A stretch of 64,000 nucleotides of DNA, taken from a virus. Positions 1 to 10,339 of this stretch are shown here, piece by piece. Under the pieces are notes generated by a model. That model saw nothing but the letters and a program-made list of their open reading frames with translations, did not search any database and was not told where the DNA came from. The translations under genes and the position numbers were made by a program. The stretch spans positions 32,001 through 96,000 of IMG/VR virus record IMGVR_UViG_3300050015_000276; one strand, given 5' to 3'. Positions within the stretch are counted from its first letter, which is position 1; each line of letters begins with the position of its first letter.

Positions 1-2
1 CA

Positions 3-3000
3 AACGGTACAACCGTAAAACTTTCAGCTACAGTTGATAAACAGGTGGCATCAGAAAAAACAAAAATATTACAAACACAAACATTAACTGTAAATATTCC
101 GGCTAGAGTTTTAAATCTTGGAAAAGCTGACATTTATGCTATTGATGGTGTATGGACAGGTTCTGACAATACTGGAACAAATATTACATCGTGGTTTGTT
201 TTAGATAATGGACAACGAGATAACCGTTATGATTTTGGCACATTGACATTATTACCGGGATATAGTTTACCTAGCACCATTTTTATTCAGTACAAATATT
301 TTTCTCACAGTTCTGGAGATTATTTTAGTGTTAATAGCTATTTAAATTTTGATGCGTCTTTACCTGGTTATATTTCTAGTGCGACCTATTATCCATTAAT
401 TCCATATTATAGTGGATCTAATGGTATACAATTTTCATTACGAGATTGTTATGATTTCCGTCCACGTGTGAATGATTCGGCAACGCCAACAAGTACGATT
501 GCTAATGCCGTAGTACAATCACCACCAATATATGTGACACCAGGAAAATTAGTAAAACCTAATGATGATATCATTTCAGATTTTTCTTATTATCTGGGGC
601 GTATTGACAAAATTTATTTGTCACAGGATGGTTATTTTGAAATAGTCAAAGGAACACCATCATTGACACCTTTGGCACCTCCAGATCCCTCATCGGGTAT
701 GGTTGTGGCCCTTATTGGATATCCACCTTACACATTTACCCCATCAAATGTTTCGGTTAAAACCATTCCCAATAAAGTTTATACAATGGCAAAAATCGGA
801 GATCTTGAAACTCGTATTGCTAATTTGGAATATTATACTGCATTGAATTTACTCGAACAACAAACCGCAAACATGCAAATTATTGATGCCACTACAGGAT
901 TGAATCGTTATCAATCTGGTTTTATAGTGGATAATTTTGTTGATAATTCCGTATCAGATTATACCAATTCGGATTGTAATTTTTCTTTAGATGCTTTAAA
1001 TAAAATTATGCGGCCGAGGTATGACACAAATTCTGTTGCCATGCAATTCGATTCGGGTTTGAGTTCAAATGTGGAACTCAATACACTAAAACCTAATAAT
1101 AACATTATTACTTTGCCGTATACAGAATCGCCAATTGTAACGCAAGACAAAGCATCACGCCAAGAAAATATAAATCCATATAATATTTTCAGTTTTGTTG
1201 GAACAATGACATTAACTCCGGCTACAGATACTTGGGTAAGTACTGTTTATTTGCCTGATATTACTATAACGGATAATACTTTATATGACGCTGCGGCTTC
1301 TCAATTAGCAGCCACAAATACTTTAGGTACTATTTGGGATGCGTGGACAACAGATTGGGTTGGAATACCAGTAACAACATTCAATGCGCCTAATACTAAT
1401 CCAAATAATTTAATAGATCAAAGCCTGGGTAGAACAGTTCAATCAAGAACAGGGACAACAAGATCAGTTATTGCAACAACTGATACCACAACATATCAAT
1501 CAAGAACAGGGACAACAACATCCATTATTAACGTACCGCAAACAACCGTGGCAGACGTATTAGTTAATACGGGGATGGTTCCTTATTGCCGCGGCAATAG
1601 TATTCAATTTACAGCCAAAGGACTTAAACCATTCACACAATTTTGGCCATTCTTTGATATAACACCAGTAAGTGCTTATTGTACACCTTCATCTTTAGTG
1701 AGTGATGCTAATGGTATGGTATCTGGAACATTTAATTTGCCAAATCCTTCAATTACTGGAGATCCTGCATTTAGAACAGGAACTAGAGTATTTAAACTTG
1801 TAAACGATATTAATAATACTATAGCTAATATTACATCATATTGTACAGCTAATTATGTGGCTTCTGGAGTTTTAAATACCGACCAAAACACCGTCACATC
1901 TGTTGGAGTAGCTGAAATACAAACACAATCAGTAACCGATATCAGATCTATTGACAATATAACAAGTGAGCTATATGTGCCACGCGAGCCAAGAACACGT
2001 AATTATTCAGATCCTTTAGCCCAATCATTTTTGGTAAGTACATTGCAAGGTGGATTTTGTGCCACAAGTGTAGATGTGTTTTTTGCAACTAAAGACGCCT
2101 CTATTCCAGTAACGTTACAAATTCGAGAAATGCAAAATGGAACACCAACACAATCGGTTGTTCCGTTTAGTACTGTAGTTTTAAATCCTAGCCAGATCAA
2201 TATTTCGGGTGATGGAAATACAAGTACCACATTTTCCTTTCCTTCGCCTGTGTATTTGCAACAGGGTTCAGAATACGCTATTGTCTTGATGTCCAATAGT
2301 AATAGTTATTTTGTGTGGACCGCATTGATGGGAGATTATGTTTTAAATACTGATGTGTTAATTTCTCAAGTGCCGTATACTGGGTTGTTATTTAAATCTC
2401 AGAATGCTAGTACTTGGGTACCGGCACCCGTACAAGCTTTAAAGTTTACCCTTCGCCGCGCAGTATTTAGTTATGGAGTTCTTGGAACTGCTGTAGTTGA
2501 GAATCCTGTTTTGCCATCAACAGTATTGCCAAATCTCTCATTGATAACTTATAATGGATTGAATGCTGTTAGAGTTAAAACACAAACAGCACATGGTATG
2601 CCTGATGGTAGTTTTGTTACAATTAGTATACCTCCAGGAACTAGTAATTCAAATTGGTCCGCATCTTATAATGGTATTCCAGTTACACAAATAGTTCCAA
2701 CAACTAGTGGTGATTTGAGAAATTCATCGTGGGCATCCGGAATTGCCGATACTACTATTGGTTCTCGAACATATATTGTTAGAAATCCTGAATTAGATAA
2801 TTATACTATTTTTATTATGGATGGTAGTGGTCATCCGGTAAATGCATCATCATCAGGATTTACTGGAGTTTCATTGAATGTAACACAAAATTATCCGTAT
2901 GATGTTATGATGCCAATTGTAACTGAATTGAATTTTTCAGGTACTAATACTAATTATTATGTGAGAGCGATTACAGGAAAGTCTCCCCAAGGAACAAGTT

Positions 3001-3701
3001 TGCAAATACCATATCTGAGAACTGTAGATGGTACACAATTTATTCCAAATCAAAATATGATTTTGACAAGTCCTCAATTAGTTGCATCAGATATTAATGA
3101 AAAGCATCTAATAACTAGTGATAGTACCAAGAGTTTAATATGGCAAATTAAGTTAACATCGACTGCGGATAATCTTTCGCCCATGATTGATAGTAGTAGA
3201 TTATCCGCATTACTGATATCAAATAGGATTGATTATAGAACAAATTTAACAATTCCAGCAACTTCACCTTCTGGTGCTGAGGCCGCGTGGGTTGCTGAAA
3301 CTTTACCATCTGGAGCAACAGATGCCGCCATTTACATTACTCGGCCGGTAGCATTGGTGAATGCTGCTAACAGTATTCATTTTTGGTTGAATATTATGTG
3401 GCCATATGGATCACAAGTAGATGTTTATTATAAGATTTTATCGACAAATACAAATTCTCAATTTGCGGATGGAAATTATGTTTTGATGCTTCCTGATCCT
3501 AATACAGATTTTTCACCAGCGCAAAATGCAAATGATTTTAGGGATTATTATTGGACAAGTACTCCTAATCCTAATCTTAGTAACTTAACTGATAATATTG
3601 GGGAATTTACACAGTTTTCAGTTAAAGTGGTAATGAGATCTACAAATAGTAGCGGCGTTCCGTTATGTCGTCAAATGCGTTGCATAGCTTTGGAGACGTA
3701 A
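3..3701 (+). CDS. Large virion structural protein, VrlC/DUF4815-like (5' partial; frame is open to the window edge)
   Basis: More than 1218 aa, Thr/Ser/Asn-rich. Motifs YYLGRIDKI, GFIVDNF, LTPATDTW, DPLAQSF and the C-terminal F..F.VK.VM.S.N...P.....R.IAL are typical of T4-like cyanophage VrlC-type proteins. Confidence 0.8.
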   Translation, partial: NGTTVKLSATVDKQVASEKTKILQTQTLTVNIPARVLNLGKADIYAIDGVWTGSDNTGTNITSWFVLDNGQRDNRYDFGTLTLLPGYSLPSTIFIQYKYFSHSSGDYFSVNSYLNFDASLPGYISSATYYPLIPYYSGSNGIQFSLRDCYDFRPRVNDSATPTSTIANAVVQSPPIYVTPGKLVKPNDDIISDFSYYLGRIDKIYLSQDGYFEIVKGTPSLTPLAPPDPSSGMVVALIGYPPYTFTPSNVSVKTIPNKVYTMAKIGDLETRIANLEYYTALNLLEQQTANMQIIDATTGLNRYQSGFIVDNFVDNSVSDYTNSDCNFSLDALNKIMRPRYDTNSVAMQFDSGLSSNVELNTLKPNNNIITLPYTESPIVTQDKASRQENINPYNIFSFVGTMTLTPATDTWVSTVYLPDITITDNTLYDAAASQLAATNTLGTIWDAWTTDWVGIPVTTFNAPNTNPNNLIDQSLGRTVQSRTGTTRSVIATTDTTTYQSRTGTTTSIINVPQTTVADVLVNTGMVPYCRGNSIQFTAKGLKPFTQFWPFFDITPVSAYCTPSSLVSDANGMVSGTFNLPNPSITGDPAFRTGTRVFKLVNDINNTIANITSYCTANYVASGVLNTDQNTVTSVGVAEIQTQSVTDIRSIDNITSELYVPREPRTRNYSDPLAQSFLVSTLQGGFCATSVDVFFATKDASIPVTLQIREMQNGTPTQSVVPFSTVVLNPSQINISGDGNTSTTFSFPSPVYLQQGSEYAIVLMSNSNSYFVWTALMGDYVLNTDVLISQVPYTGLLFKSQNASTWVPAPVQALKFTLRRAVFSYGVLGTAVVENPVLPSTVLPNLSLITYNGLNAVRVKTQTAHGMPDGSFVTISIPPGTSNSNWSASYNGIPVTQIVPTTSGDLRNSSWASGIADTTIGSRTYIVRNPELDNYTIFIMDGSGHPVNASSSGFTGVSLNVTQNYPYDVMMPIVTELNFSGTNTNYYVRAITGKSPQGTSLQIPYLRTVDGTQFIPNQNMILTSPQLVASDINEKHLITSDSTKSLIWQIKLTSTADNLSPMIDSSRLSALLISNRIDYRTNLTIPATSPSGAEAAWVAETLPSGATDAAIYITRPVALVNAANSIHFWLNIMWPYGSQVDVYYKILSTNTNSQFADGNYVLMLPDPNTDFSPAQNANDFRDYYWTSTPNPNLSNLTDNIGEFTQFSVKVVMRSTNSSGVPLCRQMRCIALET

Positions 3702-3913
3702 TGATAGTTCCGAATTATATAAAAATTGAAAACCGGCCGGGCTTGTGTAGGCATACCAAGAGTATGGGTGTTGTGAACCATGATAAACAAGCCCGGACAC
3801 AATATATAAACCAAAGAGAAAAGATCATTAATGATCAAAAAGTTATTGAACAATTGAAAACGGATGTTTTAGAATTGAAAAATTTAGTTCAACAACTATT
3901 AGATCATAAATAG
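3701..3913 (+). CDS. Conserved small T4-like protein usually found after VrlC-type genes
   Basis: ATG overlaps the upstream TAA. Y.KIE....L.R....GV.N followed by a C-terminal coiled coil (IEQLKTDVLELKNLVQQLL). Confidence 0.65.
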   Translation: MIVPNYIKIENRPGLCRHTKSMGVVNHDKQARTQYINQREKIINDQKVIEQLKTDVLELKNLVQQLLDHK

Positions 3914-3939
3914 TAATGTAAGGAAAAGGAAAAGGAAAT

Positions 3940-4323
3940 ATGAGTTTTATCACATCATTAGTTAACGAATTGAAAAAGATTTGGGCGTGGCTCGATAGTC
4001 CAAAAACACAAGCAGCATTACAACAAGCGGCGGCTTTAGCGTTAGAAGCAGCGCCAATTGTTGCTGAAATTTCATTATTGGTACCAAATAGTACATTTGC
4101 TGAAGTAGCAGCGGTTTATCAAAAATATGGAGTACCATTTGCTGCTACGGTAACTGCTGATCCAACACAAATTGGCAATTATTTACTTAATTTGGCAACT
4201 ATAGTGCTTCAGAAGAATTTACCAAAAACACAATCATCGGTTGCAGTAAGTCTTTTAAATACAGCCGTACAACTTGCAGTAACAGCATTGAAGGCTTCTG
4301 GTGGTGTTCCAGTAACCAAGTAA
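3940..4323 (+). CDS. Hypothetical Ala/Leu-rich, possibly membrane-associated late protein
   Basis: 127-aa ORF with an AGGA SD, preceded by CATAAATA (3905-3912) and followed by a terminator. Confidence 0.6.
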   Translation: MSFITSLVNELKKIWAWLDSPKTQAALQQAAALALEAAPIVAEISLLVPNSTFAEVAAVYQKYGVPFAATVTADPTQIGNYLLNLATIVLQKNLPKTQSSVAVSLLNTAVQLAVTALKASGGVPVTK

Positions 4324-4352
4324 GTTTAAACGAGAGATCTATTAGAACACTT

Positions 4353-4383
4353 AAAGCGGTACTCCATGAGTACCGCTTTTTTC
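4353..4383 (+). terminator. Intrinsic terminator ending the late block
   Basis: AAAGCGGTACTC-CAT-GAGTACCGCTTT followed by a T run. Confidence 0.85.
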
Positions 4384-4445
4384 GTTTATAAGAGGTTCTA
4401 TTAGAACACTTGACAACCATTTTGTTATGTGCTAACATGCTTGTT

Positions 4446-4582
4446 ATGCCTACTTTTCTATAGAATTTATTCAGAGACTTTCACCCAACGAAGTCATTCA
4501 ATTGACGAATTATTTTATCAATACTTATCCTGAAGATATTTTTGATGAAATATTAGAAAGGACCGGAGTAGATTATGAGTGA
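4446..4582 (+). pseudogene. Probable frameshifted small gene (MPTF/SIEFIQRLSPNE...)
   Basis: The leaderless ATG stops after 5 codons. The -1 frame past the T4 run at 4454-4457 is open to a TGA that overlaps the next gene. Confidence 0.4.
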
Positions 4583-4760
4583 TTACAAATATGAAATGCA
4601 AATGATTGCCGAACAAGTCGCATATGATGATTATGGCTGTGATTTTTTCGATTTGTCTTCTGAAACACAATATAATATTTTCCGAAAGGCTGAAGATACC
4701 TGGTCTGAAAATATGATGGCAGAAGCAGAATCTTTATCCGATAGATTGAAAGAACGATGA
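4575..4760 (+). CDS. Hypothetical acidic protein
   Basis: 61-aa ORF, GGAG SD, ATGA-coupled to the next gene. Confidence 0.7.
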   Translation: MSDYKYEMQMIAEQVAYDDYGCDFFDLSSETQYNIFRKAEDTWSENMMAEAESLSDRLKER

Positions 4761-5071
4761 CATATACCGAACGTCTTGAACAAGTAAAGAATGATCCCGA
4801 AAAACATGTTTCTTCGGAAAATATAAAAATGTTTTTGGATATTGGAGTTAAAGTAGAAAGTCAAGTGGTTGGCAAATTTGGTTATGTTTCTGGAATTTCT
4901 GACAATGGGTTAGTATTTATCAAACCGTCGAAATATTCTAAAATCAAATACGCCACAACATTCCAGCGAGGTGACCCGGTGGAACTTTGGATTTGTGGAA
5001 ATTATGTTCTTTTGAAAAATCCAAAATGGGTAATTGATGGAATGCTTCGGGGAAACGAAGATCTTGAATAA
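4757..5071 (+). CDS. Hypothetical protein
   Basis: 104-aa ORF with translational coupling. Confidence 0.7.
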   Translation: MTYTERLEQVKNDPEKHVSSENIKMFLDIGVKVESQVVGKFGYVSGISDNGLVFIKPSKYSKIKYATTFQRGDPVELWICGNYVLLKNPKWVIDGMLRGNEDLE

Positions 5072-5113
5072 ATAATATTTGACAAACCAATCTTTTTATG
5101 ATACTATGACCAA

Positions 5114-5323
5114 ATGACCAAACCGTACATTGAAATAACCAAGATAACCATATTACAAAATTTCGCAACTGATGAAATTTTGATGGAAACAACTCTTCCA
5201 TCAGGAATTTATCCATACAATGATAATTCCTATGTTAAAATGCAGGTGACTCATAATCAAGGTCCAAATTATTGCAAAATATATTTTCCGGAAATTATTC
5301 CGGAAATTATAAATATCAGGTAA
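5114..5323 (+). CDS. Hypothetical protein (leaderless)
   Basis: TTGACA at 5079, 17-nt spacer, TACTAT, ATG 6 nt later. Confidence 0.65.
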   Translation: MTKPYIEITKITILQNFATDEILMETTLPSGIYPYNDNSYVKMQVTHNQGPNYCKIYFPEIIPEIINIR

Positions 5324-5365
5324 ATAATACTTGACATCCGTAACATTTTATGAGATCATAAGAAT

Positions 5366-5725
5366 ATGATATTAACTTTAACAACGCCCGTAAAAAAGCT
5401 TCCCGTTGTATATCTTAGATCTAATTACAGTGGAAAATTACCAAGTTCTTAACCTAGATGTTTCTGAATAATAAAGATCTGTTTTCTTGGAAGTAAATTC
5501 CAAGCTAGAATGGAGGCCGAGGCAGGGTGATGCCGAGGTCTATAAACCTAATCTAGTCACCCGGACGGAATTGGTTTAATAGGGAATGGCATCTGATGTT
5601 GAAACAATACAAGGAAAAACTCCGTCAAATCGTCTGAGATGGAATCAGAAGGACGTAAATTTCAATTAAACCACAATAAAAGGACAAGGTAAGAGCCTCC
5701 AAATTAGGGCGCCTTGTCCTTTTGT
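5366..5725 (+). ncRNA. Candidate structured non-coding RNA
   Basis: Own promoter (TTGACA 5331 / GATCAT 5354) and only a 28-codon ORF. Many complementary segments are present, with a terminal 12-bp stem at 5678-5723. Confidence 0.45.
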
Positions 5726-5795
5726 TGTTTTGAAGGTTTTGTTATCATAACACATATTCTTGCTTTCCTCTTCTTTGTGTGCTACCTTAGATGAT

Positions 5796-6759
5796 ATGAA
5801 ATTAGAACAAATTGGTTTCTATACTCTTTCCGATCGACGGGCAGCTAATGCTAGTGAATTTTCCAACCTCTCACGGTGTGAAATTCTTTTGACTGGAAGA
5901 TGCAATTTCCATTGTCCATATTGTCGGAGCGTTGGTGGTCCAGATAAACCTTTCGAAGAAGTGGCCGCTATTGTTAGACTTTGGGCTTCTCAAGGATTAT
6001 ATGCTATCCGTTTTAGTGGCGGAGAACCTTTGATGTATCCTCGTTTGAAGGAATTAGTAGAAATAGCAAAAATTGAAGGAATTAAGAAAATTGCCATTTC
6101 TACTAATGGTTCATTTCCTCTTAATAAATATTTGGATCTTATTGCTGCCGGAGTTAATGATTTTTCTATTTCTTTGGACGCTTGTTGCGCCGAAGATGGT
6201 GATTTTATGGCCGGCGGTATCAGAGGAGCATTTGAACGGGTTACAGCAAATATAAAGGAGTTGTCTAAAGTAATATACATAACTGTTGGAGTGGTTTTGA
6301 CTACAACCAACGCGGCAAATGTTAGTAAAATTATTGAATTTGCCTCTAATCTTGGAGTTCAAGATATTAGAGTTATTCCGGCGGCCCAAGCTGGCGATAA
6401 ATTAGGTGAAATTGTTGTTTCTGAAGAACTCCTCAATAAATATCCTATTTTGAAATACCGTATCCAGAATTTGCATGACGGAAAACCCGTCCGTGGTATT
6501 CGTGATGGTGATAGCCGCAATTGTGGACTAGTTTTGGATGATATGGCTGTTTGTGGAAATCACCATTATCCTTGTATCATCTATCTTAGAGAAGGTGGTT
6601 CTCCAATAGGAAGTATGAACGATTCAAATATTCGAAGTGTCCGTGCTGAGTGGTATAGAACCCACAATACACATTCTGATCCAATTTGCCGAAAAAAACT
6701 GTTTAGATGTGTGCGTGGATTACAATAATTGTTATGAATCCTATAATATTCCATTTTAG
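5796..6759 (+). CDS. Radical SAM protein (MoaA/PqqE-like); C-terminus shifted by one extra A at 6692-6698
   Basis: CNFHCPYC (CxxxCxxC) and FSGGEP motifs. Removing one A gives ICRKNCLDVCVDYNN, ending at TAG 6757-6759. Confidence 0.85.
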
Positions 6760-7030
6760 TAGAATACAGGAATTAGATGGTACATTATTTGATTGGCTTA
6801 CGTGGCGTAATGGATCTCCATTAGATGTATTTGGAATCGAATGTCGTTCATATGATTTGGAAAGAAATGCTGATACTTTACGCCGCTATATAATTGGTTG
6901 GTGTTCGGCCGAGCAGGTATTGTGTCGTCCAAAAATTAAAAACATAGCCGTAATGTTTTTGAAAAATGACCATTATTTTTGGTTTCATTTCCGTAATCCT
7001 GAAGCGAAGAAAATATTTGACATCCATTAA
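6734..7030 (+). CDS. Hypothetical protein
   Basis: ORF starting at MNPIIF. Confidence 0.6.
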   Translation: MNPIIFHFSRIQELDGTLFDWLTWRNGSPLDVFGIECRSYDLERNADTLRRYIIGWCSAEQVLCRPKIKNIAVMFLKNDHYFWFHFRNPEAKKIFDIH

Positions 7031-7051
7031 CCTATTTGATAATATAAGTTC

Positions 7052-7276
7052 ATGAACACTTCATTAAACCGAGATAAGATTCAAAATTATGATACGGAAT
7101 ATGTGGTCGCTTGTTTTTCGCGCGGCCGTATTTTCTCCGAACATCGGACCACAAAAGGCGCTCAAAAGAAACTGGCCAAATATCCGGCTCTTGAAGAGGA
7201 CGATTATGCCATTTATTCTCGTAGAGAATGGAGTCTAGGATATGTGGAACCGCAATTGCATTCTATGTGGATTTGA
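7052..7276 (+). CDS. Hypothetical protein (leaderless)
   Basis: TTGACA 7017, TAATAT 7040, ATG 6 nt later. Confidence 0.65.
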   Translation: MNTSLNRDKIQNYDTEYVVACFSRGRIFSEHRTTKGAQKKLAKYPALEEDDYAIYSRREWSLGYVEPQLHSMWI

Positions 7277-7294
7277 CGCGGAGTAAAAATAATA

Positions 7295-7717
7295 ATGCAA
7301 CCACAATGGAAGTATCTTGATACCATAGGTGACAGAGATCCTATTACCAATTGGGGTGGATTTGTCTATGTTGACGAACTCGGAAACTATGACCCCGAAC
7401 TGGTATGGTTTGAGTCTGATTATAATGGCTCTTGTTACGAAATTACAAATGTAAGAATTTCTCGTATTATACTCGAAAGAAATTCTCTAGAGGAATGGTG
7501 GTACGATAAATTGCAAAGTGTTGCCGATTTTTCTGGTTGTCCTCTTGAAGAATTACAACAAATGGCAATTAGTAATGTTTATTTGGAAAAAGCTTTGTTG
7601 TATGCTTATCTTCTGAGTTATTTTGGAGCATACGAGTTCGACCAGGAACCAATCACACTCACCGAAGATGAGGCATACCGAAAGTATTCTTTGGAAATAA
7701 CAGGAAAGGAACTATAA
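7295..7717 (+). CDS. Hypothetical acidic phage protein
   Basis: 140-aa ORF. Confidence 0.7.
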   Translation: MQPQWKYLDTIGDRDPITNWGGFVYVDELGNYDPELVWFESDYNGSCYEITNVRISRIILERNSLEEWWYDKLQSVADFSGCPLEELQQMAISNVYLEKALLYAYLLSYFGAYEFDQEPITLTEDEAYRKYSLEITGKEL

Positions 7718-8127
7718 TGGAAAATAATTATGAACCTTTGACAGGACATACCAGTCCAGAGACCGCTTACTTGGTGGAAGATTATCCATATGGATTTAGG
7801 CTCCGATGCAAGATTAGATATTGGCTTGAATTCAAGTCTGGACAAGGTTTCCGTTTTGTATCACAGACCACAAATCCAAAGAGAACTGGTGAGTTTTGGA
7901 ACAAACCGAAAGCCAGCACTTATTCTATGCTCGGAATGATGGTAAAGAATATTACTCCAGGAGATAAATTTGGGCACATCACCTGGATCGGTGTAAATAT
8001 GTATCATTTTGAGGATTTGAAATCGTTCGGCGAAAAATACAGTTCTTCTTTTGACCAGAACCAACAGACCACGTTTGATCTGGCAACAAAGGCTTATAAG
8101 AAGTATATGGCTCGACAAGTATCCTAG
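7717..8127 (+). CDS. Hypothetical phage protein
   Basis: 136-aa ORF with AGGA SD and TAATG coupling. Contains YLVEDYPYGFRLRCKIRYW. Confidence 0.75.
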   Translation: MENNYEPLTGHTSPETAYLVEDYPYGFRLRCKIRYWLEFKSGQGFRFVSQTTNPKRTGEFWNKPKASTYSMLGMMVKNITPGDKFGHITWIGVNMYHFEDLKSFGEKYSSSFDQNQQTTFDLATKAYKKYMARQVS

Positions 8128-8171
8128 AAATAACACTTGACATCCAGACTTCGATATATTATCATAGTTTT

Positions 8172-8516
8172 ATGATGAAACGCAGCAGACACACCAAAGA
8201 AGATATGGCAATTAGGTATGAGTTCGCCTTGCAATATCTGGATGATAAATTTTTGAAGATTGATTTTCCATCAATCTATGTCCTTGTCGCTCGAAAAGGA
8301 GAAGGATTGAAAAAGAAACTTCGTTTTTTTATTTCCAGCAAGGGTGAAATTGAGGACATAACCGTGAAGGTTGCTGATATTACTGGCTTTCCTCTTTACG
8401 ATTGTTTTGATTATTTTGCCATCTATACTCACCGTACAAATAAGTTTGATATTGTCCAGAAGGTTTCGGAGAAACTCTTTGGAAATCCGAATGCCATAAC
8501 AATGGAAAAGCTTTAA
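8172..8516 (+). CDS. Hypothetical protein (leaderless)
   Basis: TTGACA 8137, TATCAT 8160, ATG 6 nt later. Confidence 0.7.
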   Translation: MMKRSRHTKEDMAIRYEFALQYLDDKFLKIDFPSIYVLVARKGEGLKKKLRFFISSKGEIEDITVKVADITGFPLYDCFDYFAIYTHRTNKFDIVQKVSEKLFGNPNAITMEKL

Positions 8517-8581
8517 TCGATTGACAATCCAATCAATCTGCGCTATACTGGTGAGTACGTTAATTCAAATAAAGGACAAAC

Positions 8582-9598
8582 ATGTCTGCAAAAAAGCCAT
8601 TTGCATTAGCTGTTGGAGATATTGTTGCTAAGTATGGAAAGATCATTTCCCGGCGAGACTTGATTGCTTACTGTCATGAGTTCCATATTATGCTGCCTGC
8701 AATTATCAGGCAGTATCGAGCCGGCCGAGGGTTTTTTAATTTGGAGCCATTACTGAATATGGCACAACAAACGAATAGCCAAATTTCAGATCCCGTTCCG
8801 CCTCCTCCAGAAATGACGGATGAAGAAATTGAAGTGGATATTAATTCTAGGTTTGCCAGCCTTGATCTGATGGCTTATGGGGTAGTTAATGGTGATTTCC
8901 GTTCTTTGATTGTTAGTGGTAATCCAGGTACAGGAAAGACTTTTACTCTCGAATCTATCATGGATGCCGCTGCGAATACTTCAAAGATCCTTTTTATTCC
9001 TGTCAGAGGATATGTTCGGGCAACTGGTCTTTATCGTTTGATGTATGAAGCCCGGCATAAGGAATGTGTCCTTCTCCTAGATGACAGTGACAGTATATTC
9101 CAAGATGAAATTTCCCTCAACCTCCTGAAAGCTGGTTTGGATACCACAAAACGCCGGCATATTTCCTGGCGTTCGGAAAAGAATTTTGTGAACGATGAAG
9201 ATGAGGATATTCCGAAGGAATTTGATTTTCTCGGAGCAATCGTCTTTATTTCCAATATAAACTTCCAACGTGAAATTGCGCGCGGAACTAAGATTGCTTG
9301 CCATTTGGACGCACTCATGAGTAGGTCGTATTACTTGGACTTGAATCTCCTGAGCACGCGGGAACTTATTGTCCGTATCAAGAGTGTTGTGGCACACACA
9401 AATATCCTTAGTGGTATGAAAATTAGTAAAAAGGACTCTGAAACAATTCTGGAATATATTACTACGAATAAGGATAAATTCCGTGAATTGAGTCTCCGGA
9501 CTGTGATTAAGCTTGGCACGATTTGGCGCGCCTCGGCCGGCGATGTTGATAAGTTCGAGAAAATGACTTCCGCGACGTGTTTGGTAAGAGGACGTTAA
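8582..9598 (+). CDS. AAA+ family ATPase
   Basis: Walker A GNPGTGKT, Walker B LLLDD, and a putative arginine finger in ALMSRS. Confidence 0.85.
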   Translation: MSAKKPFALAVGDIVAKYGKIISRRDLIAYCHEFHIMLPAIIRQYRAGRGFFNLEPLLNMAQQTNSQISDPVPPPPEMTDEEIEVDINSRFASLDLMAYGVVNGDFRSLIVSGNPGTGKTFTLESIMDAAANTSKILFIPVRGYVRATGLYRLMYEARHKECVLLLDDSDSIFQDEISLNLLKAGLDTTKRRHISWRSEKNFVNDEDEDIPKEFDFLGAIVFISNINFQREIARGTKIACHLDALMSRSYYLDLNLLSTRELIVRIKSVVAHTNILSGMKISKKDSETILEYITTNKDKFRELSLRTVIKLGTIWRASAGDVDKFEKMTSATCLVRGR

Positions 9599-9608
9599 AG
9601 GAATAATT

Positions 9609-9998
9609 ATGAGTAAACTGACATTGAATCGTAGTGATTGGAAACTGGTAGGCCACTTTGGTGTGGACGCCGGATTGTGTTGGATTGGTGACCCGTGTTA
9701 CATCCTTCACAAAGACAAGCCAGCTTACGAAGGCGCAACGCCGGAAGGTCTGCCGGAAAGTCTTGGCAAGGATTGGGGCGAGTTTTGCAATAAGTTGGAT
9801 CATAGCGGCCCTTTATTGCAGAGCTTTCCTTACGCAATGGGGCACGAAGGTTTGGGCATCTGTGTGTCCACCGGCTTCGGCGACGGCATGTATCCTGTCT
9901 ACGCTCACATCTCCGAAGAAGGTGATTGGGGAAAGCGTGTGAGTGCAATCTTCATTGACTTCCTGGGTGCGTTTGAGGATGAAAACGAAGAGGAATAA
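9609..9998 (+). CDS. DUF4241-like protein
   Basis: FGVDAG..WIGDPCY and STGFGDGMYPVY motifs. Confidence 0.6.
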   Translation: MSKLTLNRSDWKLVGHFGVDAGLCWIGDPCYILHKDKPAYEGATPEGLPESLGKDWGEFCNKLDHSGPLLQSFPYAMGHEGLGICVSTGFGDGMYPVYAHISEEGDWGKRVSAIFIDFLGAFEDENEEE

Positions 9999-10071
9999 TA
10001 TGGTTATTAAGAAACCCGGATGGTCCATGTTGTTTTGGATGAAATGATTGATAAGGGAGAAGGAGATTAGT

Positions 10072-10302
10072 ATGAAACGTGGAAACTTTGAAATCGTTCC
10101 GATTCTGGAACAACATTGTTCTGAAAAGGAACATTCTACCGGAGAAGTAATGGGTGTTAAATTTATTGATCCGAAAGGACAAGAAATTTGTGTTTATGTC
10201 AATTGTGGATCTCCAGATTATATTACTATCATCTCCAGTGATAGTATTGTTGTCCAACCGTGGTCAACCAACGTGGTACGGGTCCAACATTCCAAACTTT
10301 AA
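10072..10302 (+). CDS. Hypothetical protein
   Basis: GGAG SD followed by MKRGNFE. Confidence 0.65.
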   Translation: MKRGNFEIVPILEQHCSEKEHSTGEVMGVKFIDPKGQEICVYVNCGSPDYITIISSDSIVVQPWSTNVVRVQHSKL

Positions 10303-10339
10303 TATTTGATTTCCTAATTTCTTTGTGATACAATAAATT

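Noticed and set aside
5493-5524. Resemblance of TCCAAGCTAGAATGGAGGCCGAGGCAGG to Alu/SRP RNA sequence
   Set aside because: The match is short, no SRP helix-8 motif is present, and the segment is explained by local pairings. Treated as coincidence.
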